In this document: positions 12,910-25,370 of the stretch, in pieces
How the letters are laid out: every line of letters starts with the position of its first letter
How positions within the stretch are numbered: position 1 is the first letter of the stretch
Source of the DNA: Heptranchias perlo
Taxonomy: Eukaryota
Direction: 5' to 3'
Length of the DNA: 64,000 nucleotides
NCBI RefSeq assembly: GCF_035084215.1
Contig: NC_090346.1
Coordinates: forward strand, 31,062,001-31,126,000
Made by a program: the position numbers and the translations under genes
The notes under the pieces: model-generated
The model's input: the letters and a program-made list of their open reading frames with translations, nothing else
What the model was told of the DNA's origin: nothing
The model's database searches: none

Positions 12910-13831
12910 ATCACACCCACAAGCAGACTTCATTCATTTAAAGTTAGCATTCTGGAAGTAGGAAAGACAACGTAGTTTATGGGGCTTTGTTATATTGTCA
13001 ATTTTGCTTCATAACATAAAAGTAACCAAACAAGTTTGGAGTTAGATCAAGCAAATTAAAATAGGAGCAGTGAAACTCAGTAGTTCAGGGTTTCAAGTCA
13101 GTTTTCTAGTTCACATTATAATTCTGGTCTCCTGGATTCTGTGTGTTCTTAATATGATATGAATCTGCATAGATGAAGGTGTATGTGTGTCATCACACTG
13201 ATATCTACAGTATGCTCATACCCTGGGATCCAGAACCAGCTATGGAACTGCTGAAAAATTCAGGAAATGTATCACAGTATAGCTCCAACCTACGTGCACA
13301 TCATCATAAATCAGTATGTGCAAATTGACTACAAGAATATTTGAAGAACATTTGACATAAGTATTGGCAATAATAGCAACAATAAATGGAGGTGATGCCT
13401 AAGACATTTATTGAAATTCTTTGTGGTTTTGATAGGACTGAAATTTTAGGGAAAAAAATCTGACCAATATTTTCCACCAAATTTAACCCGTTGCATACTG
13501 TAGTTGTGTTATTCATCTAGGCGTCTATTCCTCAGTGGGCACCTGGATATTTTACTCATCCCTTAGACTATTTTTCCCATATCATGTCAGAAAAATTGCA
13601 TCTATAATATGATCTACTAATAGTAATCGGCTTACTGGAATATGTGTAATCACATGCTGCACTGCCCACTCTTTAATTGTTGGATGTAATGTGCAAAGTC
13701 CATTAATTATCTTTTGTAATTATTGTCCCTGTAGAAAAACAAAATTCCTCATTCCTAGCAAAGCACATTTCGTAAATTTTGTCTTTTTGTATCAATCTTG
13801 GTATTGGTACATTGATTGGAATTAAAACATG

Positions 13832-13997
13832 ATGGGGAGAATTGCCGTGGAGTTTTGTTGATTTCCCACCATAACTGTGGAAGAAGATCAGTGGAAACCC
13901 TAGAGAAATGGCATAAATGGCCGTTTTTAGCCATTTACACCATTTCTCTGGGAGTTCCACTGATCTTCCACCAAAGAACCCTTGTGAAAATTCCAGG
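13832..13997. repeat. Palindromic MITE-like hairpin element
   Basis: Arm gaagatcagtggaaaccctagagaaatggcataaatggc pairs with gccatttacaccatttctctgggagttccactgatcttc; related copy at about 41572-41713. Confidence 0.65.
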
Positions 13998-14374
13998 TGC
14001 ATGTATAGAAAATACTCTTCACATTACAGGGTCCTCCATCTGACCAAATCCTAGAACTTAGAATGATCTGTTGAGCGAAAAAAAATTGTTTTCTAACTTT
14101 TTCTTTGTTTTGAAGTCAGGATTTCAGACAGACAATGCTTCCAGCTTGATGCAATTAAACATAGTGGATATTACACACTATATAAGTAAGATCAATACAT
14201 TTTTTTTATGTCAATATCTGTATAATGCATGAGATCCCAGATGAACTAATGTGTTAGCTCAGTATCAGTGGAATTTGATGTAGGAATTTCCTACAATTCA
14301 TATTGTAGTAACCATTTGCAATTTAAATTAGCAAACTAATCTAACTTGAGTTCAAAGAAAAACTTTGGCCATGT

Positions 14375-15175
14375 CATCCAGCATTGGATGAGCAGAAATT
14401 TCCTCCAACTAAATATTGGGAAGACCAAAGCCCAATGTCTTCGGTCCCTGTCACAAACTCAGTTCCCTATCCATCGATTCCATCCCTCTCCCTGATCACT
14501 GCCTGAGGATGAACTAGACCATTCGCAAACTTGGCATCCTACTTGACCCTGCGGTGAGTGTCCAACCCCATTTCCTCTCCATCACCAAAACTACCTACTT
14601 CTGCCTCCGTAACATGACCCATCTCGTCCCCTGCCTCAGCTCATCTGCTGTGAAACCCTCATCCATGCCTTTGTTACCTCTAGACTCGACTATTCCAATG
14701 CTCTCCTGGCTGGCCTCCCACCATGTACCCTCCATAAACTTGAGCTCATCCAAAACTCTGTGGCCTGTATCCTACTTCGCATCAAGTCCCATTCACCCAT
14801 CACCCCTCTGCTCGATGACCTACATTGGCTCCCAGTTCAGCAATGCCTTGATTTTAAAATTCTCAAATCCCTCCATGGCCTCACCCCTCCCTATCTCTAT
14901 AACCTCCTCCAGCCCTTCAACCTTCCGAGATCTCTGAACTCCTCCAATTTTCATCGCTCCACCATTGGCAGCAGTACCTTCAGCTGCCTATGCCCTAAAC
15001 CTCTCTGGCTCTCTACCTCTCTCTCCTCATTTAAGATGCTCCTTAAAACCTACCTCATTGACCCAACTGTCCTAATATCTCCTTATGTGGCTTGTTGTCA
15101 AATTTTGTTTGATAATGCTCCTGTAAAGCGCCATGGGACGTTTTACTATGTTAAAGGCGCTATATTAATGGGAGT
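14375..15175 (+). mobile_element. L2-clade LINE 3' fragment
   Basis: WMSRNFLQLNIGKT, SRLDYSNALLAGLP and ITPLLDDLHWLPVQQCLDFKIL motifs; 3' end aaaggcgctatat. Confidence 0.85.
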
Positions 15176-15208
15176 TGTTTGTTTGTTTGTTTGTTTGTTT
15201 GTTTGTTT
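15174..15208 (+). repeat. (GTTT)n microsatellite at the L2 tail
   Basis: Visible tandem repeat. Confidence 0.9.
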
Positions 15209-15323
15209 GCTGTTTGTGGGATCATCTGTGCACAAAATTGGGCGCCGCATTTGCCTACGTAACAATAGTGACTGCACTTCAAAAGTAATTCATCTTATGT
15301 GAAGTGCTTTGGATTATTCTGAA
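15209..15323 (+). mobile_element. DeuSINE 3' fragment
   Basis: gctgtttgtgggatc...agtgactgcacttcaaaagtaattcat...gtgaagtgctttgga. Confidence 0.65.
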
Positions 15324-16126
15324 GATATTGTGACAAAAACAATCGTTTCTCACAACTCACTGATGTAATTTTAGGGTATTTTAATGATCTGTTCCCTCTC
15401 CCGACAGCCCCATAAACTGGAAGCTTCAGCCTCATGGTTTTCTGCCTGTGCAGAGACCTCTTGCTATTTGAGATTAAAATCCAAGTTCCCTGGTGCCTGC
15501 TGCACTTTATTTATCTCCAAGTCACTTCGGTAGACAATAGACAATATTGGATAACCCCTGAAAACAGGCATTGGGATCGCGGTGCACGATTAACCCGCGC
15601 CCATTGGTTGCGATGCAGTTGTACATTCGTTCGTGCTGCCTGGTGATTTCTATGTTTGCTGCGTGCAGCCAGCGCTACCTGTGCCGTTGAGTGGCTGCAT
15701 GCACCAATAGGGAGCCCCGATATCGGGAGTGGCTAGCATCACTTAAAGGCAGCCTGCACCTCTTAAAGGGGAGGTGCACTGAGGCTGCAGGAAATGCTTC
15801 AAGTCCATTTGGAAGTAAATCTGTGCTGGACTATAGTGAAGAATGGTGATGATGGGAACTCTGGAATTTTTAATGAGCAACAACTTGGCAGCTCAAAGTT
15901 GGCGGGACTCTTATATTTTCAAAATATCAGATACGGGTCTGAATGGAGTCTGAATTGAGATCAGAAATCGCACACATAAAACACAGATGCAAGTCTCGTC
16001 CTTATGTTTAAAAACTGTTGTTTTAATTTAAAATATTGAATAAAGGTTTCACATAACTATGTCCCACATCCTCTAATCTGCACGCCAGACTCTGCCAATC
16101 TGCTGATCTGAGTTTGTACCGGGGCC

Positions 16127-16680
16127 TGCAAGAGAACGTGCACCAAGGTTCTCTGATGATGCACTAGAGGCCTTGGTGTAAGAGGTGGACAGAAGGAGGG
16201 GCATCCTATATCCGCAGGGGTGAGGGGGCAAGAGGCCCTCCAGACACATGCTCCTGAGGCAGTGGGAGGCAGTAGGGGACAAGGTCAATGACAGGAGCAT
16301 AGCACCATGAACATGGATGCAGTGCAGGAAGAAGTTCAGTGATTTAACATGAGTTGTCAAGATGAGCGAGTTCAAGTTGCAAGTAGCATATCCTACCAAC
16401 TGCACCACTAGCCGCATCCACTGCTCCATGCACTACACCCCCCATCACCCACCTACCAACAACCTCTCTCAATCAGTACTCAACTCTTCTAATCAGATAT
16501 TTCACCTCAGCCTCACACATTACCAGTGTTGCAAGCTGCACACCTACAACTCACAGGTCACACACACTGGCAGCTATTCAACTATGACAGCCAGATCAAC
16601 CAAACATCTTGCAGGACACTCATCGATACACTTCCCGCTTTCTTGCAAGAGAAGGTGGCGCATAACAGGAGACAGCAAGT
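16127..16680 (+). pseudogene. Harbinger Myb/SANT-domain gene remnant (exon, intron, exon) within a decayed element of about 15550-17338
   Basis: ARERAPRFSDDALEALV*EVDRRRGILYP...QWEAVGDKVNDRSIAP*TWMQCRKKFSDLT*VVK, then the second-exon peptide EKVAHNRRQQ at 16649; several in-frame stops. Confidence 0.8.
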
Positions 16681-16802
16681 GGTAGTGACTCCATGGAACA
16701 TGAACCTGCTGTCCTCTCTCAGGATGACAGCATTCCTGTCCCACCCTTGCTGTTGCCTGTCAGCTAGCCAGCCCACTCCCTGTAGAGTATTGAAACTTTA
16801 TT

Positions 16803-17078
16803 ATAGGATCATAGGAACAGGAGTAGGCCATTTAGCCCCTCAAGCCTGTTCTGCCATTCAATGAGATCATGGCTGATCTGTGACCTAACTCCATATCCCT
16901 TAATACCTTTGGTTAAAAAAATCTATCAATCTCAGATTTAAAATTAACAATTGAGCTAGCATCAACTGCTGTTTGCGGAAGAGAGTTCCAAACTTCTACC
17001 ACCCTTGTAGAAGTGTTTCCCAACTTCACTCCTGAAAGTCCTGGCTCTAATTTTTAGGCTATGTCCCCTGGTCCTAGT
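16803..17078 (-). mobile_element. CR1 3' fragment
   Basis: ataggaacaggagtaggccatttagccc tail; homologous to 21875-22170. Confidence 0.85.
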
Positions 17079-17760
17079 ATTCATGTATAGGAGACCTCCA
17101 AAAACAGGTACAAATGTGTTGGCTGGAGCATGGAGTTTCAAAATAGCTGTGGTCTCTTTAAATCAGCATTGTGCACTGTTTACATGTTGCTGGCGTTCGT
17201 TAGGTGCAATCACCTTTACCAATATGGCGTCTTTGCACATCATGCCAGAAGTGTGCACGCACTTCGGACGCCATTTTCGGGGCTTGGGTGTCCGCATAGC
17301 GCCTACAGAACAGGCGCTACAAGGCCCAATATAGCCCCCCATGTATATTGTTAACACATGGCACTCTAATTGGGCTCAGATTCTGAATGAACAAGAAATT
17401 AAACAAGTAGAACACATACAGAACAGTAAAAGCTTGTGTGGAATGACAGTAGAAACTACCAAATCTTTCAAAGATGCAATCTGCCCCACCAGAAGTAAAA
17501 GCAGAGCCCCTTTACCAACAGTCCAATCATGGCACAGCGCTTCCTGTCAGTTCTGTCTCACCCTGGATCACCCTCGTCCTCATGCTTTTTGTGCTTCAGA
17601 ATTTCTCTCTCACTGGGCTCTAAGATCAATGATCAATTAGCCTTTGATCTGCCTGGATCACATATTAATGGTTTGATATTTGCTCTGACAATCCTATTTC
17701 CGAATTGAATGTTCCACAGGTGGGATTTGTCCACATCCTTCAATCAAGGTCTTCCTGGCT

Positions 17761-19160
17761 TAGAATCATAAAATCTTAGAAAGTTACGGCACAGAAGGAG
17801 GCCATTCAGCCCATCATGTCCGTGCTGGTTGAAAAAGAGCTATCCCGATTAATCCCACCTTCCAGCACTTGGTCCGTGGCCCTGTAGGTTACGCACTTCA
17901 ATTGCACATCCAAGTAAAAAGTACTCTTTAAATGAGTTGAGTGTTTCTGCCTCTACCACCATTTCAGGCACTGAGTTCCAGACCCCCACCACCCTCTGGG
18001 TGAAAAAATTTCTCCTCAGCTCCCCTCTAATCCTTCTACTAATTACTTTAAATCTATGCCCCCTGGTCACTGACCCCACTGCTAAGGGAAATAGGTCCTC
18101 CCTATCCACTCTATCTAGTCTCATCATAATTTTATATATCTCAATTAAATCTCCCCTCAGCCTCCTTTGTTCCAAGGAAAACACCCCAGCCTATCCAATC
18201 TTTTCTCATAGCTAAAATTCTCCAGCCCTGGCAACATCCTCGTAAATCTCCTCTGTACCCTTTCGAGTGTAATCACATCTTTCCTGTAATTTGGTGACCA
18301 GAACTGTACATAATACTCAAGCTGTGGCCTAACCAATGTTTTATACAGTTCTAGCATAACCTCCCTGCTCTGATATTCTATGCCTCGGCTAATAAAGGAA
18401 AGTATCCCTCCCGTTTGGCTTTTTAACCACCTTATCTACCTGTCCTGCTACTTTCAGGGATCTGTGGACATGCACTCCAAGGTCCCTTTGTTCCTCTACA
18501 CCTCTCAGTATCTTCCCATTTATTGTGTACTCCCTTGCCTTGTTTGCTCTCCCCAAACGCATTACCTCACACTTCTCTGGATTGAATTCCATTTGCTACT
18601 TTTCTGCCCACCTGGCCAGTCCATTGATATCTTCCTGCAGTCTACAGCTTTCCTCCTCACTATCAACCACATGGCCAATTTTTGTATCATCTGCAAACTT
18701 CTTGATCAAGCCCCCCACATTCAAGTCCAAATCATTAATATATACCACAAAAAGCAAGGGACCCAATACTGAGCCTTGCAGGACCCCACTGGAAACAGCC
18801 TTCCAGTCGCAAAAACACCCGTCAACCGTTACCCTTTGCTTCCTGCCACTGAGCCAATTTTGGATCTAACTTGCCACTTTCCCTTGGATCCCATGGGCTT
18901 TTATTTTTTGACTAGTCTGCCATGTGGGACCTTGTCAAAAGCTTTGCTAAAATCTATGTACATTACATCAAATGAGTTACCTCATCAACCCTCCTTGTTA
19001 CCTCCTCAAAAAATTCAATCAGGTTAGTCAGATATGACCTTTCCTTAACAAATCCATGCTGACTGTCGTTGATTAACCCGTGCCTTTCTAAATGACGATT
19101 TATGCTGTCCCTCAGAATCGATTCCAATAATTTGTCCACCAGCGAGCTTGTAATTACTTG
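17761..19160 (-). mobile_element. CR1 LINE, 5'-truncated and frameshifted
   Basis: MEFNPEKCEV, LVRPQLEY, RRLRGDLIE and WNSVP motifs; tagaatcata tail. Confidence 0.92.
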
Positions 19161-19809
19161 GCTTCATTAATATATTAATGCTGTATGAAAATTGAAAACA
19201 AAAGGCACTTTCTGGAAACCAGATGCACCTGGCCTTCTCCAGTCTTAGTTTTATAATCGTACAAAGCCTAAAATATTAACTTATCTATACACGCAGCCAA
19301 TTCTGCCTCTATATGTCTATATACAATAAAATTACCATGGCATTTGTCACAAGCTGTTTCTTCTCTTGTTTCTTTAAATAAAACCAGGAATGAATGGAAA
19401 AGAAAGCAGGTGAGAAGAATTACATTTTATTTATTATTTTCAAGTTGTTTAAACTTTTTTTCTGATTTAGAATTAATATCCTGACATCTGAGTATACTTA
19501 TTAGAGTACACTTATTACGGTAATATTAGTTTAGTTTCAATACTCCAGAGCATTAGCTAAAAAAAATTTTAAAGGAAGGCTAGAATTTCTTCAAAGTACC
19601 AGCAGTCTAAGTGTTGACATATTACTATTTGAAAATGAAGACATTAAATCAGCATTCAGTTGAAATTATTCAAATTTACTGCCTGAATTACTGGAAATAA
19701 ACTACTTAACCTATGCAAATTGCAGGTAACTTTTCCCCCCACTGCACAATAGTGGTAATTGTAAACAATTTTACAACACCAAGTTATAGTCCAGCAATTT
19801 TATTTTAAA

Positions 19810-19848
19810 TTCACAAGCTTTCGGAGGCTTCCTCCTTCGTCAGGTGAA
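19810..19848 (-). ncRNA. Minimal type I hammerhead ribozyme motif (mirror copy)
   Basis: Exact reverse complement of 19878-19916. Confidence 0.75.
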
Positions 19849-19877
19849 CGATGTGAAAATGTGATATTTTCACATCG

Positions 19878-19916
19878 TTCACCTGACGAAGGAGGAAGCC
19901 TCCGAAAGCTTGTGAA
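19878..19916 (+). ncRNA. Minimal type I hammerhead ribozyme motif
   Basis: TTCAC-CTGACGA-A-GGAGG-AAG-CCTCC-GAAA-GCTT-GTGAA: helix I TTCAC/GTGAA, core CUGANGA, helix II GGAGG/CCTCC, GAAA, palindromic AAGCTT in place of helix III. Confidence 0.75.
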
Positions 19917-20289
19917 TTTAAAATAAAATTGCTGGACTATAACTTGGTGTTGTAAAATTGTTTACAATTGTCAACCCCAGTCCATCACCGGCATCTCCAC
20001 ATCAATAGTGGTAAACAGAGATAATCAGTGAAAAATAGCAGCCAATGTAGAATCACTGCACAAACACAGCTTTTTTTTAAAAGAGCGGGGGAACAGATTT
20101 TATTAAATGGTTGTATTTGTTCACAGAAACAAACAAAAAAAAGCAAATAGTTTAGGGATATAGGAAAACATAGAAAGCTGGACATTGTGGATGGTGGGCT
20201 TATCCACTTGCACATTGTAGTTTGATTTGAAATTAATTTTCAAATTTACAAATTGTGCCGTAATATTTTTTAAAGGATTCAAATCACAA

Positions 20290-21580
20290 TCTGGCAATTA
20301 TAGACCAGTGAGTTTAACCTCAGTAATGGGGGAATTGATGAAAAGCATCATTAGGGATGCTATTAATCATCACCTATAGTGCATGGGCTTGATGGGGGAT
20401 ATTCAACAGGGTGTTGGACACAGAGGTCATGTTTAACAAAGCTGATCCGGTTTCTTGAAGCAGTCACTAAAACAGTAGGTCAGGGAGATGCGCTAGTTGT
20501 CACCTACTTGGATTTCCAAAAAGCTTTCAATGAAGTGCCACATTAGGGACTCTGCTAAAATTAAGTCCCATGGTGTCAAGGGTTATTTTAAGAGATGGAT
20601 TGTAAATTGGCTAAAGGACCTTAGGTAAAGGTAAAGCATGGATTTAAATGCTCCCGAATGGGGTCCAGTCACTATTGGGGTGTCCCAGGATTTGTTGCTG
20701 GTTTTGACCTGTTTATTAATGATCTTGAACAGGGTATAGTGCAGCTATTAAATGCATGGATAATACTAAATTGTGTGGTACATTCAGGACTTTAGAAGAA
20801 GAAAGTAACAACTGGATTTAGATAGATTAGGGACGAGGGCCTGAGACTGGCAAATGTCCTTCAATGTAGACAAGTATGCAGTTATGCACCTAGGTGCACA
20901 GAATTCGGGTATAGAAAATAGCATGTGGATGTAGATTAAAGGTAGCAGGAAGAGAGTGGCACTCAGAAATGATTATTGATCACTCCCTAAAGAGGCAAGT
21001 GCAGTGTCAGGTATCTGTATCCAAAATAAACAGGGTCCTGGCTGTATTGCCCAGATTTTTCAGTATAAAACTAAGGCCATGATAATAGGGTTAGATAAGG
21101 CTTTGGTGACACCTCATAAGACCATAAGACCATAAGAGATAGGAGCAGGAGTAGGCCATTCGGCCCCTCGAGCCTGCTCCGTCATTCAATGAGATCATGG
21201 CTGATCTGATTTTTACCTCAACTCCACTTTCCTGCCTTTTCCCCATATCCTTTGACTCCCTTCCTGATCAAGAATTTGTCTAATTCAGCCTTGAATGTAT
21301 TCAATGACTCAGACTCCTTGCAGTCCTTTAAAAGGCATTGAATTCATCTTTGGAAAACTAGGAGCTTACAGCAGAAGGAAAATAGGATTTTGGGTAATAA
21401 CCAATAGGCTGAGGTAGCCTCCTGGGGCTTGCCTGTTTGCATTTGAGATGTCAGAAAGTAGTTTTTGACAGAGGTTTCCAGAATTGGCTATAGTTCTGTA
21501 CATTTTTCTGCCTCTCCCACAAGGATGAGTCCAATCAGATGTGAGGCAAGTATGCATGGGCCCGATGGCCTTTTCTCATC
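20290..21580 (+). mobile_element. Old, highly decayed CR1 RT fragment, interrupted by a younger CR1 tail (21114-21312, minus)
   Basis: ggcaattatagaccagtgagtttaacctca (GNYRPVSLTS) and gatttccaaaaagctttc (DFQKAF); insert starts cataagaccataagaccataagagataggagcaggagtaggcc. Confidence 0.75.
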
Positions 21581-21874
21581 CTGAGCCACAACAGAACAGA
21601 AGTCATTTATCTTTTACAATCCCTTTACGATTTAAAAACTTCTGAACATGCCATAGCACTTTTCATGATATTTGGAATAAGCAGGTTCAATTGATCATAG
21701 ATAAAAGCAGAAAATGGAAATGCACAGCAGGTGAATCAGCTTCTGAATGCGAGGTTAATGTTTGGATGAGAACTTTTATCAGAACAGATAAAGAAACCAT
21801 CTGATTTTTTTTCCCACATACTGGTCTGTGCTATCTGTTCTTCATTACACTGGGATTCTTCTTGTATTAAAAAT

Positions 21875-24241
21875 ACATAGGAACAGGAGTAGGCCATTTA
21901 GCCCCTCGCGCCTGCTCCACCATTTGATAAGATCATGGTTGATCTGTGATCTAACTCCATATACCTGCCTTTGGCCCATATCCCTTAATACCTTTGGTTG
22001 CCAAAAAGCTATCTATCTCAGATTTAAATTTAGCAATTGAGCTAGTATCAATTGCCATTTGCGGAAGACAGTTCCAAATCTCTACAACCCTTGGTGTGTA
22101 GAAATGTTTTCTAATCTCGCTCCTGAAAGGTCTGGCTCTAATTTTTAGACTGTGTCCCCTACTCCTAGAATCCCCAACCAGCAGAAATAGTTTCTCTCTA
22201 TCCACCCTATCTGTTCCCCTTAATATCTTATAAACTTCGATCAGATCACCCCTTAACCTTCGAAACTCCAGAGAATACAACCCCAATTTGTGTAATCTCT
22301 CCTCGTAACTTAACCCTTGAAGTCCGGGTATCAGTAAACCTACGCTGCACTCCCTCCAAAGCCAATTTGTCCTTCTGAAGGTGTGGTGCCCAGAACTGCT
22401 CACAGTACTCCAGGTGCGGTCTAACCAGGGTTTTGTATAGCTGCAGCATAACCTCTGCCCCCTTGTACTCTAGTCCTCTAGATATAAAGGCCAACATTCC
22501 ATTTGCCTTCTTGATTATTTTCTGCACCTGTTCATGACACTTCAATGATCTATGTACCTGAACCCCTAAGTCCCTTTGGACATCCACTGTTTTTAACTTT
22601 TTACCATTTAGAAAGTACCCTGTTCTATCCTTTTTTGATCCAAAGTGGATGACCTCACATTTGTCTACATTGAATTCAATTTGCCACAGCTTTGCCCATT
22701 CACCTAATCTATCAATATCGCTTTGTAATTTTATGTTTTCATCTACACTGCTTACAATGCCACCAATCTTTGTGTCATCGGCAAACTTAGATATGAGACT
22801 TTCTAGGCCTTCATCGTTAATAAATATTGTGAATAATTGAGGCCCCAAGACAGATCCCTGCGGGACTCCACTAGTCACATCCTGCCAATGTGAGTACCTA
22901 CCCATTATCCCTACTCTCTGTCGCCTTTCGCTCAGCCAACTTCCTAACCAAGTCCGTACTTTTCCCTCGATTCCATGGGCTTCTATCTTAGCTAACAGTC
23001 TCTTATGTGGGACCTTATCAAATGCCTTCTGGAAGTCCATATAAATAACATCCATTGACATTCCCCTGTCCACTACTTTAGTCACCTCTTCAAAAAATTC
23101 AATCAGGTTTGTCAGGCATGATCTACCTTTCACAAATCCATGCTGGCTCTCTCTGATTAACTGAAAATTCTCGAGGTGTTCAGTCACCCTATCCTTAATT
23201 ATAGACTCCAGCATTTTCCCCACAACAGATGTTAGGCTAACTGGTCTATAATCCCCTGGTTTCCCTCTCTCTTCTTTCTTAAAAAGCGAAGTGACATGTG
23301 CAATTTTCCAATCCAGAGGGACAGTTCCTGAATCTAGAGAACTTTGAAAGATTATAGTTAGGGCATCTGCAATGTGTTCACCTACTTCCTTTAAAACCCT
23401 GGGATGGAAACCATCTGGTCCTGGGGATTTGTCACTCTTTAGTGCTATTATTTTCTTCATTACTGTTGCTTTACTTATGTTAATTTTATCGAGTCCCTGT
23501 CCCCGATTCAATATAAGTTTTCTTGGGATTTCCGGCATGCTATCCTCTTTTTCGACTGTAAATACTGACGCAAAGTAATTGTTCAACATGTCCGCCATTT
23601 CCCCATTGTCAATGACAATATCCCCACTTTCAGTTTTTAATGGGCCAACACTGCTCCTGACCACCCTCTTTTTCCTAATATAACTATAAAAGTTCTTCAT
23701 ATTGGTTTTGATATCCCTTGCGACTTTCTTTTCATACTCTCTTTCTGTAGCTCTTACTATCTGTTTTGTGACCCTTTGTTGATCTTTGTATCTTTCCCAT
23801 TCGCCAGGATCTGTGCCATTTTTTGCCTTTTTGTATGCCCTTTCCTTATGTCTTATACTGTCCCTTACCTCTTTAGTTGTCCATGGCTGTTTTTTTTTGG
23901 CAAGTAGAGTTCTTGCCCCTCAAGGGTATAAACCGATTCTGTATCACGTTAAATGTTTCTTTAAACATTTCCCACTGATCATCAGTCGTTTTACCCATTA
24001 ACAGATTTGCCCAGTTTACTGTCGACAGTCTCTGTCTCATCCCATTGAAGTCAGCCTTGCCCAAGTCTAGAATCTTAGCAGCTGATTCACTTTTTTCCCT
24101 TTCAAACACTACATTGAACTCAATCATGTTACGATCACTATTGAATAGATGTTCACGCACAGTTAAGCCGTTAACTAAATCTGGTTCATTACTCATTACT
24201 AAATCTAGTATGGCTTGCCCCCTTGTTGCCTCTAGGACATA
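21875..24241 (-). mobile_element. CR1 LINE with a 484-aa open stretch of ORF2 (RT) plus the end of the endonuclease domain
   Basis: ORF 22246-23700 has KSPGPDG, YRPVSLTS, QHGF, DFQKAFDKV, PQGSVLGP and FADD; upstream ILDLV...SDRNMIEF; frameshifts on both sides. Confidence 0.95.
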
Positions 24242-25370
24242 GAAGACACTGACCACAACCTGGCAGCTGAGTGTCCAGATGTGCCATTTGTTCCATAAGC
24301 TATACAAGCTTGTCACAGGAGGCACTCTTACGCACTGTGTTCCCTGCTTTAGAGTATAATTATGGAATAGGATTTTAATATTTCACAATTTATTGTAAGA
24401 TTCTATTTCAAAAGCTCATTTTTGAAATGCGCCCATTTCAAAATGAAAGTTAACCCTGAAGCCACTGAGAGGTTCAGGGAAATTCCAGGTGATGGGCATT
24501 TAAAAAGAATTGCAGCTCACATACTGAAATTCAAACAAACATCAATATTACATTCCTCAAATGTTATCAGGACACTAATACTGCAATATTAGCCCAAAAC
24601 AACTGAAATAATTAAAATATAATTTTAAATAAAATAAATGATTTTCACACACTTGACTTCTGCTCCCCCATCTGAACTTTCTCTACTTGCTCTCCCTTCA
24701 ATGAAAAGGAAAATCGGGCGGGATGTATAATGGGCACCTGATCCGATATCGCCCGTCTCGCACCCCCACCGAAGTTGAATTCTAACCCCCTTGGCTTTTT
24801 GCATGACAAAAAGTAGCAATTAGCAGTACAAGTCAAGCAATTTTTAAATATAAATCTCACCCCTTTGATTCTCTATTCCCTTCAATATATGTTTTAATTC
24901 ATTTCATTAAAAGCTTCAAAACCACTGATACCAGATAGCTTATACTTTTTTTGGATTCTCTGAACAGCTGGGACCCAGTATGTTGTCTTTTTTTTCCAGG
25001 TGTTCAATATAAAGTTAAAGCTGTGACTTGTGACGATCATGATGCACTGCTGGAAACATGACACGTATGCAATAAAACCGACTATAAATGATAAAATTAC
25101 TCTGTGCTGCTTGAAGACTAATATCGCTGGAAAAACAGGTGCTGGGCTGCTGCTGTGCAGCACTGAGTAGGGTTGCAAAGGGAATGCTTTTAAGACTGAG
25201 GACTCTTGTGTGTGACTTAAAAGAAGTAGCTGAGCAATAATAGGGGATCTTACAAATGCGGTGGACATCTGGAGACTGTGAAAAATGCACTGCATTGTAG
25301 ACCATCACTTCCTTTACCAATCCATTCCTGGTTCTCCACCAACTTGCCTATCTCCCACCACCTCCTCAGA

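Larger units (their letters stand above)
19757..20002 (+). mobile_element. Penelope-like element end with an inverted duplication (104-bp perfect inverted repeat)
   Basis: Arms 19757-19860 and 19866-19969, 5-nt spacer GTGAT; unpaired 3' tail gtcaaccccagtccatcaccggcatctccacat; 12-bp direct repeat CAATAGTGGTAA at 19747-19758 and 20003-20014; AATAAA at 19922. Confidence 0.8.

Noticed and set aside
22246-23700. 484-aa RT ORF as an active or domesticated gene
   Set aside because: 5'-truncated, frameshifted on both sides and with a small deletion just upstream of FADD; an ordinary CR1 copy.
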